Virus record (IMG/VR): IMGVR_UViG_3300036770_005816
Coordinates: 69,215 to 133,214 of that record
Reading direction: 5' to 3' (one strand)
Origin: a virus
DNA length: 64,000 bases
Each line of letters starts with the position of its first letter. Position 1 is the stretch's first letter. The notes under the pieces were generated by a model that saw only the letters and a list, made by a program, of their open reading frames with translations, searched no databases and was not told the origin of the DNA. Below, in pieces: positions 46,898-56,737 of the stretch. The position numbers and the translations under genes are program-made.

Positions 46898-47548
46898 GTG
46901 AAACGCAAATTTATTGGAGACGAGAAATTCGGTATCGTTGTATACGAAAAACAGATAACGAATTGCGATAACCATATCCAAAACATAGAAAATACAGCCA
47001 GTGGAACAATTACTGGAGAATGCCTGTGGGCAAAAGCAGAAGTAGGTCTTTATCAGTTTGACGAAGAGCACCGAAAGTGTTTTGATTGGAAACCCACAGA
47101 AGAATGGGTGAATTCAATAAAACACAAAGATTCCAAGTTTGTTGAAACATTCAATAACATAAAAAATTCGGTTCTTTTCACCGCACAAAACTATGCACGA
47201 CATTACAATATTCACCTTGGATACATGGAAGTAATGAATTTCATAAAGTACTATGAGGGTGATTTTTTTAACTACCATTCGGACGACGGCGCAACCTACA
47301 TCGCAACAGTTTCAAGCATCGCATATCTCAACGACGACTACGAAGGCGGCGGTCTACATTTCAAATTTCTTGATTTAGAATACAAACCCCAAACTGGGGA
47401 CATAGTTGTGTTTCCATCTACATTTTTGTATACACATTCAGCAATGAGCGTCAAAAACGGAACAAAATACTCCGTTGTCACAATGTTTGACTATAACCGC
47501 AAAGAGTTCATAGATACATCTGGTAAAAACAGAAAATATTTGGAATAA
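46898..47548 (+). CDS. 2OG-Fe(II) oxygenase, prolyl 4-hydroxylase-like
   Basis: KY..G..F..HSD...YLNDDYEGG.L.F...P..GD.VVFPS...H....V..G.KY. Confidence 0.9.
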   Translation: MKRKFIGDEKFGIVVYEKQITNCDNHIQNIENTASGTITGECLWAKAEVGLYQFDEEHRKCFDWKPTEEWVNSIKHKDSKFVETFNNIKNSVLFTAQNYARHYNIHLGYMEVMNFIKYYEGDFFNYHSDDGATYIATVSSIAYLNDDYEGGGLHFKFLDLEYKPQTGDIVVFPSTFLYTHSAMSVKNGTKYSVVTMFDYNRKEFIDTSGKNRKYLE

Positions 47549-47554
47549 CCGACC

Positions 47555-48271
47555 ATGAACCTATTCATTTACGGTGTCAGTCAGTCTCCATTCATATTTA
47601 GAAACGCCTCCCCAAAAAGGCAGTGGATGAATGAGACATTCAGCAAACATGCCTACAGGTGCGCGCCACTCACCAGCGCCAACTCCCATGGTTGGGAAGT
47701 ATGTCTTCCGCATGATGTGGTAGTGACAAAAAACGATGATGGTGAAGTGCGCATCATAGAGGGAGAGTATTTTGAAAATGTTAAAATTTGTTCCACCGAC
47801 ATAATGAACGAATCAGTAGCATTTTTGCATAATATTACTTTTGTTACACAAGATGGATATTCCATTTGGGTGTCTAATCCGCCAAACTACTTTGTTGATG
47901 GTGCACAAGCATACACAGGAATAATACCTTCGTCGTGGTGGTTCAACACATTTCAGTTTTCATGGAGAATAACAAAAATTGACTGCCCTGTACTTTTTGA
48001 GAAACACAAACCAATCATGTTCGTATCGTTGACTAGCAATACATTGCTATCAGAAACAAAAGTTGTTTTGTGCGAAACGGAAAGCGAAAAAGTCGAGACA
48101 TTCAAAAGTAATTACAGAAATCACGAAACCCAAAAGAGACAAAATAATGAGGTGTGGCTCTCAACAATAAAAAAGGGAAGCAAAATAAACGACATCGATT
48201 TTTCGGCAAATGTCGAGCACGGGAACCCGCTACCGCCAGCAGCAATCAACAAAAATGATTCAAACAAATAA
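47555..48271 (+). CDS. DUF6065-like protein
   Basis: R.WM.....HAYRCAPL..AN..GW...PPN...G.I...W...F...W.IT. Confidence 0.75.
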   Translation: MNLFIYGVSQSPFIFRNASPKRQWMNETFSKHAYRCAPLTSANSHGWEVCLPHDVVVTKNDDGEVRIIEGEYFENVKICSTDIMNESVAFLHNITFVTQDGYSIWVSNPPNYFVDGAQAYTGIIPSSWWFNTFQFSWRITKIDCPVLFEKHKPIMFVSLTSNTLLSETKVVLCETESEKVETFKSNYRNHETQKRQNNEVWLSTIKKGSKINDIDFSANVEHGNPLPPAAINKNDSNK

Positions 48272-49208
48272 CAGCAAAATATTGGTCGCTGTTGCGGCGT
48301 TTGACGAAAAATATGTCAAAACGACTATCGAGTCTGGACTTGATAACGCACACGACAAGTCCAACATAGTCTTTGGAATCAATTACCAATCGAGTGACGG
48401 GTGCTTTGATGACTTATCCGAATATTCGAATAATGTAAAAGTTGTATATTCTGTTTCCGAATTCCCTAGAGGTCTCGGTGCAGACAGAATGGTGGCGTCA
48501 TCATTTTGGAACGGAGAAAAATACTTCTTTCAAATAGACGGACATATGCTTTTTGAACCAAACTGGGACATATGCCTCATAGACGCACTGGAGTCAATAA
48601 AAAAGTCTGGATTTGAAAAACCAATAATTTCAACATTCGTCCCATGGTGGTCAGTTTCAGAAGATGGGGATATTTTGCACTACGCCCCCGGAACCGTTAA
48701 CTGTTGTTCTGTTTGTTCTTATGAAGCCGGAGATATAAATAGTTTATGGCTGGAACCCAAAAGGGTGTTCAATGAGACTGTCTGCGGGAAAGAAATAAAA
48801 GAACACCATACGATATCTGCGCACTACATGTTTACGCATGCAAATTGGTTAGAGGAAGTTGGGCACGATGCAAGGATTATTTGGATTGGTGATGAACACA
48901 TGATTGCGATGAGGTCATGGACGCGAGGCTACAGGATATTCAGCATAGGGCAACCCTATGCATGGCATCTAAACAAGGGTGCGGGCAAACAAGCGAAAGA
49001 TTGGAGACATTCAATCAGAAACAATCACCACAATCGCGACTCGTTTCGGTTCAAGTTGGATTTCGAAAGAACACGAAAATTTTTAACTGGGCAAGAATTT
49101 GGTCATGGCGGAGCACCAAACGAAACCTTATTGAAAATGTACGAAAAGGCAAGCGGCTTGAACTTTGTCGAAATGTATGACATGTTTGACAGATGTGACG
49201 CAGTGTAG
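48255..49208 (+). CDS. Skp1-hydroxyproline GlcNAc-transferase-like glycosyltransferase (Gnt1/GT60-like)
   Basis: ILVAVAAF...TI...A...IVFGI..Q; G....R......GEKYFFQIDGHM.FE.NWD..LI; GDE....R.WT.GY.IF. Confidence 0.75.
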   Translation: MIQTNNSKILVAVAAFDEKYVKTTIESGLDNAHDKSNIVFGINYQSSDGCFDDLSEYSNNVKVVYSVSEFPRGLGADRMVASSFWNGEKYFFQIDGHMLFEPNWDICLIDALESIKKSGFEKPIISTFVPWWSVSEDGDILHYAPGTVNCCSVCSYEAGDINSLWLEPKRVFNETVCGKEIKEHHTISAHYMFTHANWLEEVGHDARIIWIGDEHMIAMRSWTRGYRIFSIGQPYAWHLNKGAGKQAKDWRHSIRNNHHNRDSFRFKLDFERTRKFLTGQEFGHGGAPNETLLKMYEKASGLNFVEMYDMFDRCDAV

Positions 49209-49217
49209 GCTATCAAA

Positions 49218-49835
49218 ATGCTCACTACAAACATTCAGTCGTTTTACTCCGAAAACCCATGGATTACTGTAGACAACTTTTTGAACAGTGAGGAAATAGC
49301 GCAAATTAAAAATAGTTTGATGACAAGAAGTTTAAAAAAGTCAAATTTGATGGACAATAGCGGGAAACTAATCAACGCAGAACATAGGATTAGTAGAATA
49401 TCGTTCATAAGCCAATCAGAAACTGAATATGAATGGCTGTTTCAAAAAATTCTTAGTATTGCAGATTCGCTAAATAATCAGTTTTTTCATTATGAGATAT
49501 ACGGTTTTGACCACTTGCAATACTCAGAATATGACTCCGCGAATCATGGTAGATACAACTGGCATGTTGACGCTTTCATTGGGGCTAACGAGTCACAAAT
49601 AAAAAATATCACTTCTCTGCATCGAAAACTTTCAATCACGATTCTATTGAACGACGATTTTGAGGGCGGAGAATTTCAAATCACGCTTGACGGGGGTATG
49701 AACCAAACAGACATACCGCTGAACGAGGGCGGTTTGGTTGCATTCCCTTCGTTTATTTGTCATAGGGTTTCGGACGTTGTAGGCGGAATCAGAAAATCAA
49801 TCACATGTTGGGTTGTGGGACCCAAATTCAGATAG
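49218..49835 (+). CDS. 2OG-Fe(II) oxygenase (PKHD-like)
   Basis: LQY..Y...Y.WHVD...RKLSITILL..DFEGG...FPSF..HRV..V..G.RKS. Confidence 0.9.
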   Translation: MLTTNIQSFYSENPWITVDNFLNSEEIAQIKNSLMTRSLKKSNLMDNSGKLINAEHRISRISFISQSETEYEWLFQKILSIADSLNNQFFHYEIYGFDHLQYSEYDSANHGRYNWHVDAFIGANESQIKNITSLHRKLSITILLNDDFEGGEFQITLDGGMNQTDIPLNEGGLVAFPSFICHRVSDVVGGIRKSITCWVVGPKFR

Positions 49836-50886
49836 ATGTGTACCAACCGTCTTCCCACAGCGTAGAAAGACGCTTAAAGTACTCGTCGTAGCGAAGTGCC
49901 ACGGCATCTAATCCATAGTGCGCCACGGCGTATTCTCTAATCTTCTTGCGGTCTAGAGACCTTGCTTTCTCCATCGCCTCAACGAAGTCTTTCAGTGTGC
50001 GGCACCGATAGCCGTTCAAGCCATTAGTCACCGTCTCGGTGAAGGCACCCCAATCAGTAGTTATCGCTGGAGTTCCGCAGGCTTGCGACTCAATTACAAC
50101 CGTACCGAACGGCTCCACGTAAATAGTGGGGGCGAACGAGGCAATCGCATTACCGAATAATTCGGCGCGTCTCTCCGAGCCGACCACACCCACGTATTCT
50201 CCGTACGAAGGTGGAATACCCTGCCCTGCGATGAGCAGTCTGGCGCCAACCTTCTTGCAGGCTTCCACGGCGATGTTGAAGCCCTTGCGTTCTATGAGGC
50301 GCCCCATGAACAAGTAATAATCGCTCGGTTCTTCCACGAATGGAAACTGAGCGATGTCTATGTAAGCGGGAATGACTGCGTCATAGAACCTGCCATCAGC
50401 CGCCGCAGGGTTCTTGGCTTCCGCACCGTAGATGGAGTGCATCCACGCATACGACTCGAATACCCGATACTTGGCGAATGTTCCTGGGTATCCGATACCA
50501 AACTCGACCGTCATATGGTTCGGATAGGCGTAGGCGATTGACCTGTGCGAATAACCGCCGATTACGCAGATGAAGTCTCGTTCCTCTAGGCGACCGCGTA
50601 GTTCTTTTACGACCGTCTGGTTGAACTTGACCCAATGGGGTTTCGAGTCGTCGAACGACGCCATCGTGTAGTGCCCACCGTTGCATGCGGCGAGTCGTTC
50701 TTTCTCCGTGAAGCACTGAATGTGCTCGTCGCACGGCGCTTCGTTCCTGTCCCCTGAATAAACATAAACCGTGTTCCCCAGGGATTTCATCATGATGGCA
50801 AACTTGCGCACCTTCTCAGTGAAGGCGCACGCGGTGAAATCTAGGGTCGTTTGGGTGTGTGGCAAACTCACCACATGGAATCGCAT
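49828..50886 (-). CDS. GT4-family glycosyltransferase
   Basis: YLFMGRL..RKG, EPFG.V.IE.QACGTP.I..D.G...E.V. Confidence 0.9.
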   Translation of the reverse strand: MRFHVVSLPHTQTTLDFTACAFTEKVRKFAIMMKSLGNTVYVYSGDRNEAPCDEHIQCFTEKERLAACNGGHYTMASFDDSKPHWVKFNQTVVKELRGRLEERDFICVIGGYSHRSIAYAYPNHMTVEFGIGYPGTFAKYRVFESYAWMHSIYGAEAKNPAAADGRFYDAVIPAYIDIAQFPFVEEPSDYYLFMGRLIERKGFNIAVEACKKVGARLLIAGQGIPPSYGEYVGVVGSERRAELFGNAIASFAPTIYVEPFGTVVIESQACGTPAITTDWGAFTETVTNGLNGYRCRTLKDFVEAMEKARSLDRKKIREYAVAHYGLDAVALRYDEYFKRLSTLWEDGWYTSI

Positions 50887-50895
50887 GTAGCGAGT

Positions 50896-51156
50896 CTAGT
50901 CTTCTGCGGGTTCGCTTTCTGGTGTCACGAACTCGTCTAGTTCAGCGTCGTAGCGGTCTCCGATACCAGCGTACTTAGACCTGAAACTTGCCGAATAACT
51001 TGTTTGCTTCCACTCGCCAGCGAGTCCTAGTGATGCGATGAACTGCTGACCGACTGCTTCTGATTCTGGGAAGTTGCCGCCGCCGATGGTGGCGTTAGCG
51101 ACGACGATGACCTGCTGAACGATGTTGTTCTCATCTAGTTGAGCGAAGTGTGCCAT
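50896..51156 (-). CDS. small fibre-associated protein (MAHFAQLDENN type), paralog of 60834..61157
   Basis: shared MAH(F/Y)A.LDENN.V..VI...TSY...FR..YA.IGD.YD.ELDEF. Confidence 0.7.
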   Translation of the reverse strand: MAHFAQLDENNIVQQVIVVANATIGGGNFPESEAVGQQFIASLGLAGEWKQTSYSASFRSKYAGIGDRYDAELDEFVTPESEPAED

Positions 51157-52088
51157 TACCAAGTCACCGTTCCTGTGCCATAGAACTCAGTCACGATGTA
51201 GTTCGTTAGGAAGTAGATGCGAGCCGCACCGCTCGTCACTGTTGGAATCTTCGTGTTCGCTGGCTGTCGTAGGAATACGACACCAGAGCCGCCTGCACCT
51301 GACGGTCGGTTCGTGTTGTCATAGCCACCGCCGCCGCCACCGCCGCTGTTCGCCAATCCGCCTGCTTCCGCTAGCGCAAACTCAGTAGCACCACGGCCAC
51401 CGCCGCCCGTGCCAGGTGCTGCTTGTCCTGATGAGCCGCCGCCAGCACGAACAATAGCGGTATCTGTCACCGATGAAGAAACACCGTCGCCACCTGTGCC
51501 GACACCATCCGTGTCGCCTGCTTCACCAGCACCACCACCACCGCCGCCTTGGTTCGATGTTGCGTTAGTTCCGCCTGCGTAGCCTTCATTCGCTGTTCCA
51601 GCACCAGCCGTCGGAGTATTGGTAGAAGATGCGCCAGCACCACCGCCACTACCACCCGAGCGACCAGCCGCATTAGCCGCCGTGTTATTGCCACGACCAC
51701 CACCGCCGCCACCCGTTGCGGTAATCGTCGTCAAACCCGTGCCAGCGATAGACGAGTTAGACCCGTCATTACCTTGAGTGTTTATTACGGTCACTGATGC
51801 GCCACCGCCGCCGATGGTCACCGTGTAAGAAACGCCAGCCGTAATGTTGATAGCGCTTTCGGCTGAAGCGCCGCCGCCTGAAGATTCACCGCTTACCGAT
51901 GAGCGGTATCCGCCAGCACCACCGCCGCCGCCTGAACGGTCACCGCCAGCATTATTGCCCATGCCGCCTGAGCCGCCGCCAGCGATAACTAGATACTCAA
52001 CCGTTGTCGGCGCAGCCGCAGCCGCCGCACCACGCTTTGTCCACCCTGATACTTCTGTGCCTGAGCGTGTACGCTCACCGAAACGCAT
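51156..52088 (-). CDS. glycine-rich domain virion/fibre protein
   Basis: VEYLVIAGGG...GGGGAGGYR...GGSGVVFLR. Confidence 0.75.
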   Translation of the reverse strand: MRFGERTRSGTEVSGWTKRGAAAAAAPTTVEYLVIAGGGSGGMGNNAGGDRSGGGGGAGGYRSSVSGESSGGGASAESAINITAGVSYTVTIGGGGASVTVINTQGNDGSNSSIAGTGLTTITATGGGGGGRGNNTAANAAGRSGGSGGGAGASSTNTPTAGAGTANEGYAGGTNATSNQGGGGGGAGEAGDTDGVGTGGDGVSSSVTDTAIVRAGGGSSGQAAPGTGGGGRGATEFALAEAGGLANSGGGGGGGYDNTNRPSGAGGSGVVFLRQPANTKIPTVTSGAARIYFLTNYIVTEFYGTGTVTW

Positions 52089-52096
52089 CGCTACCC

Positions 52097-52444
52097 CTAG
52101 GCAGTAATGCGGTTCACATAACCGCCAATCATGACGACATTTGCGGTTGCGGCAAAAGCACGCACCACAACTGAACCAGTAACAACCAAACCTGGAACCA
52201 CAAGAATCAAACCAGACTCTGCGGTAATCGTCTGCTCGATGAGGTCGTCTGGCGAAGAAGTGCCGCCGAACTCAATTGTCAACTTACGGTCCGTCGTATC
52301 GGAGTTGACCGCGTACAGCCACACCTCGTCTTCTGCGGTGGCGTGCGCCGTGTGAATGGTAGTGCCAGCAGTGGCGGTCGCCGCTACCTTAATGAGCCTG
52401 CCGTTCGTTGAACCGCTCAGTAGTTCTTTGCTAAATATAGCCAT
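52097..52444 (-). CDS. small beta-rich structural protein
   Basis: N.DT.DR..TI pattern shared with 56399..56734. Confidence 0.65.
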   Translation of the reverse strand: MAIFSKELLSGSTNGRLIKVAATATAGTTIHTAHATAEDEVWLYAVNSDTTDRKLTIEFGGTSSPDDLIEQTITAESGLILVVPGLVVTGSVVVRAFAATANVVMIGGYVNRITA

Positions 52445-52451
52445 GATTCTC

Positions 52452-52676
52452 CTATCCGAAAATCTGCGTTGCTAGGACGACTTGGTCGTTTTCTCCAGAA
52501 GTAATCGCGTTGGATGGCAACGACGAGTACGAAAGGCTTGTCCACGCCGTTGAACCGTCGCCAATCTTGTATCTGCCAGTGTCGGTCTCCAAGGCGAGTT
52601 CGCCAGCAGCCAAGGTCGGGTTTGACGCCGTCCAAGCGGCGGCAGTTCCTCGTCTGAGTTGAATAGTTACAGCCAT
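52452..52676 (-). CDS. stand-alone Mtd/hyaluronidase-N-like fibre module
   Basis: IQLRRGTAAAWT..NPTLAAGE...ETDTG..KIGDG.TAW.SL.Y. Confidence 0.75.
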   Translation of the reverse strand: MAVTIQLRRGTAAAWTASNPTLAAGELALETDTGRYKIGDGSTAWTSLSYSSLPSNAITSGENDQVVLATQIFG

Positions 52677-52862
52677 TTAGACACCTCCCCCGTCGAGGGT
52701 TGCGATACCGCCGTAGACCGAATCGGGTCCACCGCCGTCAACATTGTTTACCAGAGTAGCACTTGTTATGAGTATCCAAGCGGTACCGTCCCATTTCCAG
52801 GTGCGGGCGTCGTAGGAGTAGTAGTCGCCAGTTGTTGGGGAGGCAGGGAAGTCAATCGGCAT
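52677..52862 (-). CDS. small protein consisting of the IDFP N-terminal module
   Basis: MPIDFP.SP..GD.Y.....TW.WDG.AW...DGG. Confidence 0.65.
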   Translation of the reverse strand: MPIDFPASPTTGDYYSYDARTWKWDGTAWILITSATLVNNVDGGGPDSVYGGIATLDGGGV

Positions 52863-53125
52863 CAGATGCCCCCAATAATGGCGTTAATTTCGTCTTCGGT
52901 TAGACCCAAAGCGGCGAGTTTGGCTTTGGCGGATTCTTTGGCGGCGAGTTTGGCTTCTCTTTCGGCACTTATTTCTGCTTTTACATCATCCCATGCATCG
53001 TCAAGTGATGCTTTGCTTGGCTTCTCGCCGCCGTCAAGCATGGTTAAACCTTCGTAATCATCGCCTTCAAGTTTCCATTCACGGTCATTGTGGCGTCGGC
53101 TTAAAATTGCGGCGTAGTCAATCAT
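52862..53125 (-). CDS. putative fibre-assembly/chaperone-like small protein
   Basis: W.L.GD.Y..L...KPS...L...AKAKL.ALGLT.DEI.A. Confidence 0.6.
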   Translation of the reverse strand: MIDYAAILSRRHNDREWKLEGDDYEGLTMLDGGEKPSKASLDDAWDDVKAEISAEREAKLAAKESAKAKLAALGLTEDEINAIIGGI

Positions 53126-53766
53126 GGCGCTACCTCGAATACAGTGATAGTGCTTGCGCCTCTGGCAATCCATGTTTGGTCAGAATCACTTTGCGACCTG
53201 TTTATATAAACAGTAACAGTGGCTCCACGAGCATGAGAAACATCTACCGAATAGGTAGTGGAAGATGTGGTGGCTGGACTATCAAGAAATACCAAAACAG
53301 TGTTTGTGAGGCTTTCTTGCGCCTGCGCTGACGTGTCACCCAAGAATCCGCCTGTCACACGTTGGCGGTTTGATGCGGCATTACCAACGTTGATAGCGGT
53401 GGCACCACGCATGAGTTGATAGTATGAACCGACACCATCCCCTGTTTGACCGCCAGTAATTTGTGCGACAACAAGAATCTTATTGTTTGCCGAAGTTGGC
53501 GTTATTGATACCGAAAGACCCGTAATTGAGGTTTTTGCACCTTGTGCAACACTTGCCGTAAATGTATCAGTTTTAGTTGTTGATTGTACTTGAACAACTG
53601 CCCCAGCCGCCGTATACACCCACGCACTTCCGTTATACGAGGCAACCCTGTCCGTATCGGTTTCATAAATAAGTTGCCCTTCGTAGGGAACAGTTGGGCG
53701 GGTCGTGGAAGTACAGACACCTGGCTTGATGACAGAAGATGCGCCGAGGACGCTTGAGAACGGCAT
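53122..53766 (-). CDS. tail-fibre-like protein
   Basis: CTSTTRP.VPYEGQ.IYETDT module plus VVQV...ITGLSVSITP.S..NKILV...LDSPATTS..TY. Confidence 0.7.
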   Translation of the reverse strand: MPFSSVLGASSVIKPGVCTSTTRPTVPYEGQLIYETDTDRVASYNGSAWVYTAAGAVVQVQSTTKTDTFTASVAQGAKTSITGLSVSITPTSANNKILVVAQITGGQTGDGVGSYYQLMRGATAINVGNAASNRQRVTGGFLGDTSAQAQESLTNTVLVFLDSPATTSSTTYSVDVSHARGATVTVYINRSQSDSDQTWIARGASTITVFEVAP

Positions 53767-53795
53767 GATTTACTCCGCTTCCATGATAAACGATT

Positions 53796-55466
53796 TCATG
53801 CCCGTGCCACCGTGAAAGTGCCAGATGCATTGAATGTGTGGATTGTGTAGGAGCCAGACGTGGTGATTGTTCCACCAGTTACGGAGAGACCGACTGCGTT
53901 GGCTGTTGGGTAACGGAGTATGACAATGCCTGAGCCGCCGTTTCCACCTCCAACGACATCATCTATCGTTCCACCTCCGCCACCGCCAGTGTTTGCTGTT
54001 CCAGGCTGAGCAGCAACGGTTGATGGAGTTGTCCTACCACCATTTCCACCGCCGCCATCACCGCCAGAACCACCTGCATTTCCACCGCCACCCCCACCGC
54101 CAGCGTAAGTAACAGATGCGCCAGTAATACTTGAACTTAATCCGTCTCCACCTGCACCAGTTCCATCGGTTTCTCCTGCTTCACCTGCTCCACCACCACC
54201 ACAACCTATGCCGAGTGTCGTGCCACCGCGACTTCCGCCAGAAAAACCTTCACCAACAATACCCAAACCACCTTGTGCATTCGCCGTATCCCTAGCACCA
54301 CCACCTGAACCACCGTTATTTCCTTCTGGTCCGATTGAACCGCCACCACCGCCGCCACCAGAAGTGCTTATACCTATTGCAGAACTTCCGTTTCCACTCC
54401 CTCCGTCAGCATTCAGCGAACCAGTGGTGCCTCCAGCACCAACGGTAACTGTATAACTTTGAACGTAGGCGAGCGTGGTGCCTGTTTTCATGCCACCAGC
54501 GCCTCCCCCACCTGCACGATTTGACCCGCCCGCACCGCCGCCGCCAACAACAAGATATTCAATACCGCCCAAAATCGGCACATACGTCAGCGTTCCTACA
54601 GCAGAACCAGAGACTCGACGACGGATGTAGACGATTCCACCAGAACCATTACCGCCGTTGAAAGAATATGTTCCACCTCCCCCTCCAGAACCAGTACTCG
54701 CGGCGCCATTCCCTGCCGCTGTTGAGTTATTGGAGCCAGCGCCACCAACACCAGAACCACCAGCGCCAGCGGTGCTTCCCGCTTCGCCGAAACCGCCACC
54801 ACCGCCGCCTGCCAAAAATTGTGAAGACCCCAAAAATCCTGATGCATCATAGCCAGAACCGCCAGCACCACATTGTGAACCACTCGCATTTGAACCTGCA
54901 CTCCCCCAGCCTCCACCTCCGCCAGAAGGGTATGGGTTGGTAATGATTCCACCATTACCTCCACCGGCATTGCCTTGATTTAGCGCTATTGCGCTTCCGC
55001 CAGTTGTTGTTCCGTTTGTTCCGTTTCCTCCGCCGCCAGAGGCTCCGTTTCTACCGTTATTTGGTCCACCGCTATCAGTTCCACCCCCACCTCCACCGAG
55101 TGCTACCAATGTCTCAAAACGTGACGGTGTTCCGTCGCCCCCTTGATTTCCGCTTCCCGTGGACGTTGCTCCGTTCCCCCCAGAACCGATAACAGTCGAA
55201 TATGTTCCAACCGAAAGATAAAGTGTGTTCGGCGTAATTAATCCTCCTGCTCCACCCCCGCCTCCTCTGCCCTTTCCACCTCCGCCACCACCGCCGGCGA
55301 CGATGACATCAAACCACCCAGGTGTAGTGACGACGAGCGAACCAGTCGCCGTAAAGGTATGCAACTTGTAGCCGACACCAGAGACTGTGATGTCCGTTTC
55401 TGTACCGCCCGATGCAATACCGTATTCGGTTGCGATGCGTGGTGTGCGAGAGTTTGAGATTCCCAT
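53796..55466 (-). CDS. double glycine-rich domain protein
   Basis: two Gly-rich domains, ending GGSGIVYIR and GGSGIVILRY. Confidence 0.75.
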   Translation of the reverse strand: MGISNSRTPRIATEYGIASGGTETDITVSGVGYKLHTFTATGSLVVTTPGWFDVIVAGGGGGGGKGRGGGGGAGGLITPNTLYLSVGTYSTVIGSGGNGATSTGSGNQGGDGTPSRFETLVALGGGGGGTDSGGPNNGRNGASGGGGNGTNGTTTGGSAIALNQGNAGGGNGGIITNPYPSGGGGGWGSAGSNASGSQCGAGGSGYDASGFLGSSQFLAGGGGGGFGEAGSTAGAGGSGVGGAGSNNSTAAGNGAASTGSGGGGGTYSFNGGNGSGGIVYIRRRVSGSAVGTLTYVPILGGIEYLVVGGGGAGGSNRAGGGGAGGMKTGTTLAYVQSYTVTVGAGGTTGSLNADGGSGNGSSAIGISTSGGGGGGGSIGPEGNNGGSGGGARDTANAQGGLGIVGEGFSGGSRGGTTLGIGCGGGGAGEAGETDGTGAGGDGLSSSITGASVTYAGGGGGGGNAGGSGGDGGGGNGGRTTPSTVAAQPGTANTGGGGGGTIDDVVGGGNGGSGIVILRYPTANAVGLSVTGGTITTSGSYTIHTFNASGTFTVARA

Positions 55467-56392
55467 TAGAAGGTGATGCTCCCGCTTGCCAAGAATTGAT
55501 AGATGCGATGCGTTGCTGTAGTTGTGTACGTTACAGATGAGCCAGTTGTCGTTGCTGCTCTATATGCAATTGGATAACGCACTATGACTACGCCAGAGCC
55601 ACCAGCACCCCCATTGGTTGGAATTGGATGTTGCCCGCCACCTCCACCGCCGCCAGTATTTTCCGTTCCCGCTCCAGCAGCGCTATTACTCAATCCACCG
55701 CCATTTCCCCCTCCGCCAGAGCCTCCAGTTCCGCCGTTCGCTCCAGTGTTTCCTGATGCGCCACCACCACCGCCACCAGCACGAGTGACCGATGACCCAG
55801 TAATTAAGGATGTGACACCATTGCCGCCGTTGCCACCCCTGGTTGAGGCTAAATAATTCCCTCCGATTGTTCCAGAACCTCCGCCACCACCACCGAGAAG
55901 GTATGAGCCAGTTACGTGTCGCCCAGTCCCTCCCGCATAACCCTGATTGGTAGTTCCTGACGCACCAGCCACCTCATTGCCATCTCCAGTATTTCCAGAA
56001 CTTCCACCGCCAGAACCTCCAGTTATGCCTGGATTATCTCCAAATCTTGCTCCTCCGCCTCCGCCAGATGCAGTGATTGAACCGAATGTGGAGTTCTGTC
56101 CAGACCCCCCTTTTCCACTTGATGCAGAACCTGCGCTTCCCCCACCACCTACGGTAACTGTATATGTTGTTCCGCTAGTAATTGATAATTGACTTTCTGT
56201 ATTTGCGCCACCACCAGAAGTTTCACCAGACACAGAGCATCTGTATCCGCCAGCACCGCCGCCACCCCCCGCATTACCGCCACCCCCACCGCCACCAGCA
56301 ATAACTAAGTACTCAACGGTTTGAGGCGCCAAAGTTAAAGCATTAATGTAATTCTTCAACCCCTGAACTCCGTACGGCGTGGAAATCGGCAT
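55466..56392 (-). CDS. glycine-rich domain protein
   Basis: VEYLVIAGGG...GGYRCSV.GE.SGGG...GGSGVVIVRY. Confidence 0.75.
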   Translation of the reverse strand: MPISTPYGVQGLKNYINALTLAPQTVEYLVIAGGGGGGGNAGGGGGAGGYRCSVSGETSGGGANTESQLSITSGTTYTVTVGGGGSAGSASSGKGGSGQNSTFGSITASGGGGGARFGDNPGITGGSGGGSSGNTGDGNEVAGASGTTNQGYAGGTGRHVTGSYLLGGGGGGSGTIGGNYLASTRGGNGGNGVTSLITGSSVTRAGGGGGGASGNTGANGGTGGSGGGGNGGGLSNSAAGAGTENTGGGGGGGQHPIPTNGGAGGSGVVIVRYPIAYRAATTTGSSVTYTTTATHRIYQFLASGSITF

Positions 56393-56398
56393 CAGGAA

Positions 56399-56734
56399 TC
56401 AGACTTCCTTTTCCCACCCTATGGCGATGACGTTCACGACGCTCGCAGCGTCAGATAAGCCTTCCAAAGTTTCGCCGGCGGTGAGAACGAGAGCGGTATC
56501 AAAGACCATGATGTCGTTCGCACCGATAGGCAACTGAGACATGAAACGGTTGGCAGCCGTAGCCGCCGAACCAATCGAGAGAGTCACAGTGCGGTCTACC
56601 GTGTCCGTGTTGCAAATGATGATTTGTTTAATTACCTCAACCCTGCTCGCCGCCACGGTTGCGATGGTCGTCGTTGTCGTGCCCAACTGCGTTGGTCCGC
56701 CAAGTCTCTGTTCTGTTCTATCTCCGGCTGCCAT
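56399..56734 (-). CDS. small beta-rich structural protein
   Basis: IKQIIICNTDT.DR.V.L...LVL.AGE.L. Confidence 0.65.
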   Translation of the reverse strand: MAAGDRTEQRLGGPTQLGTTTTTIATVAASRVEVIKQIIICNTDTVDRTVTLSIGSAATAANRFMSQLPIGANDIMVFDTALVLTAGETLEGLSDAASVVNVIAIGWEKEV

Positions 56735-56737
56735 TTT

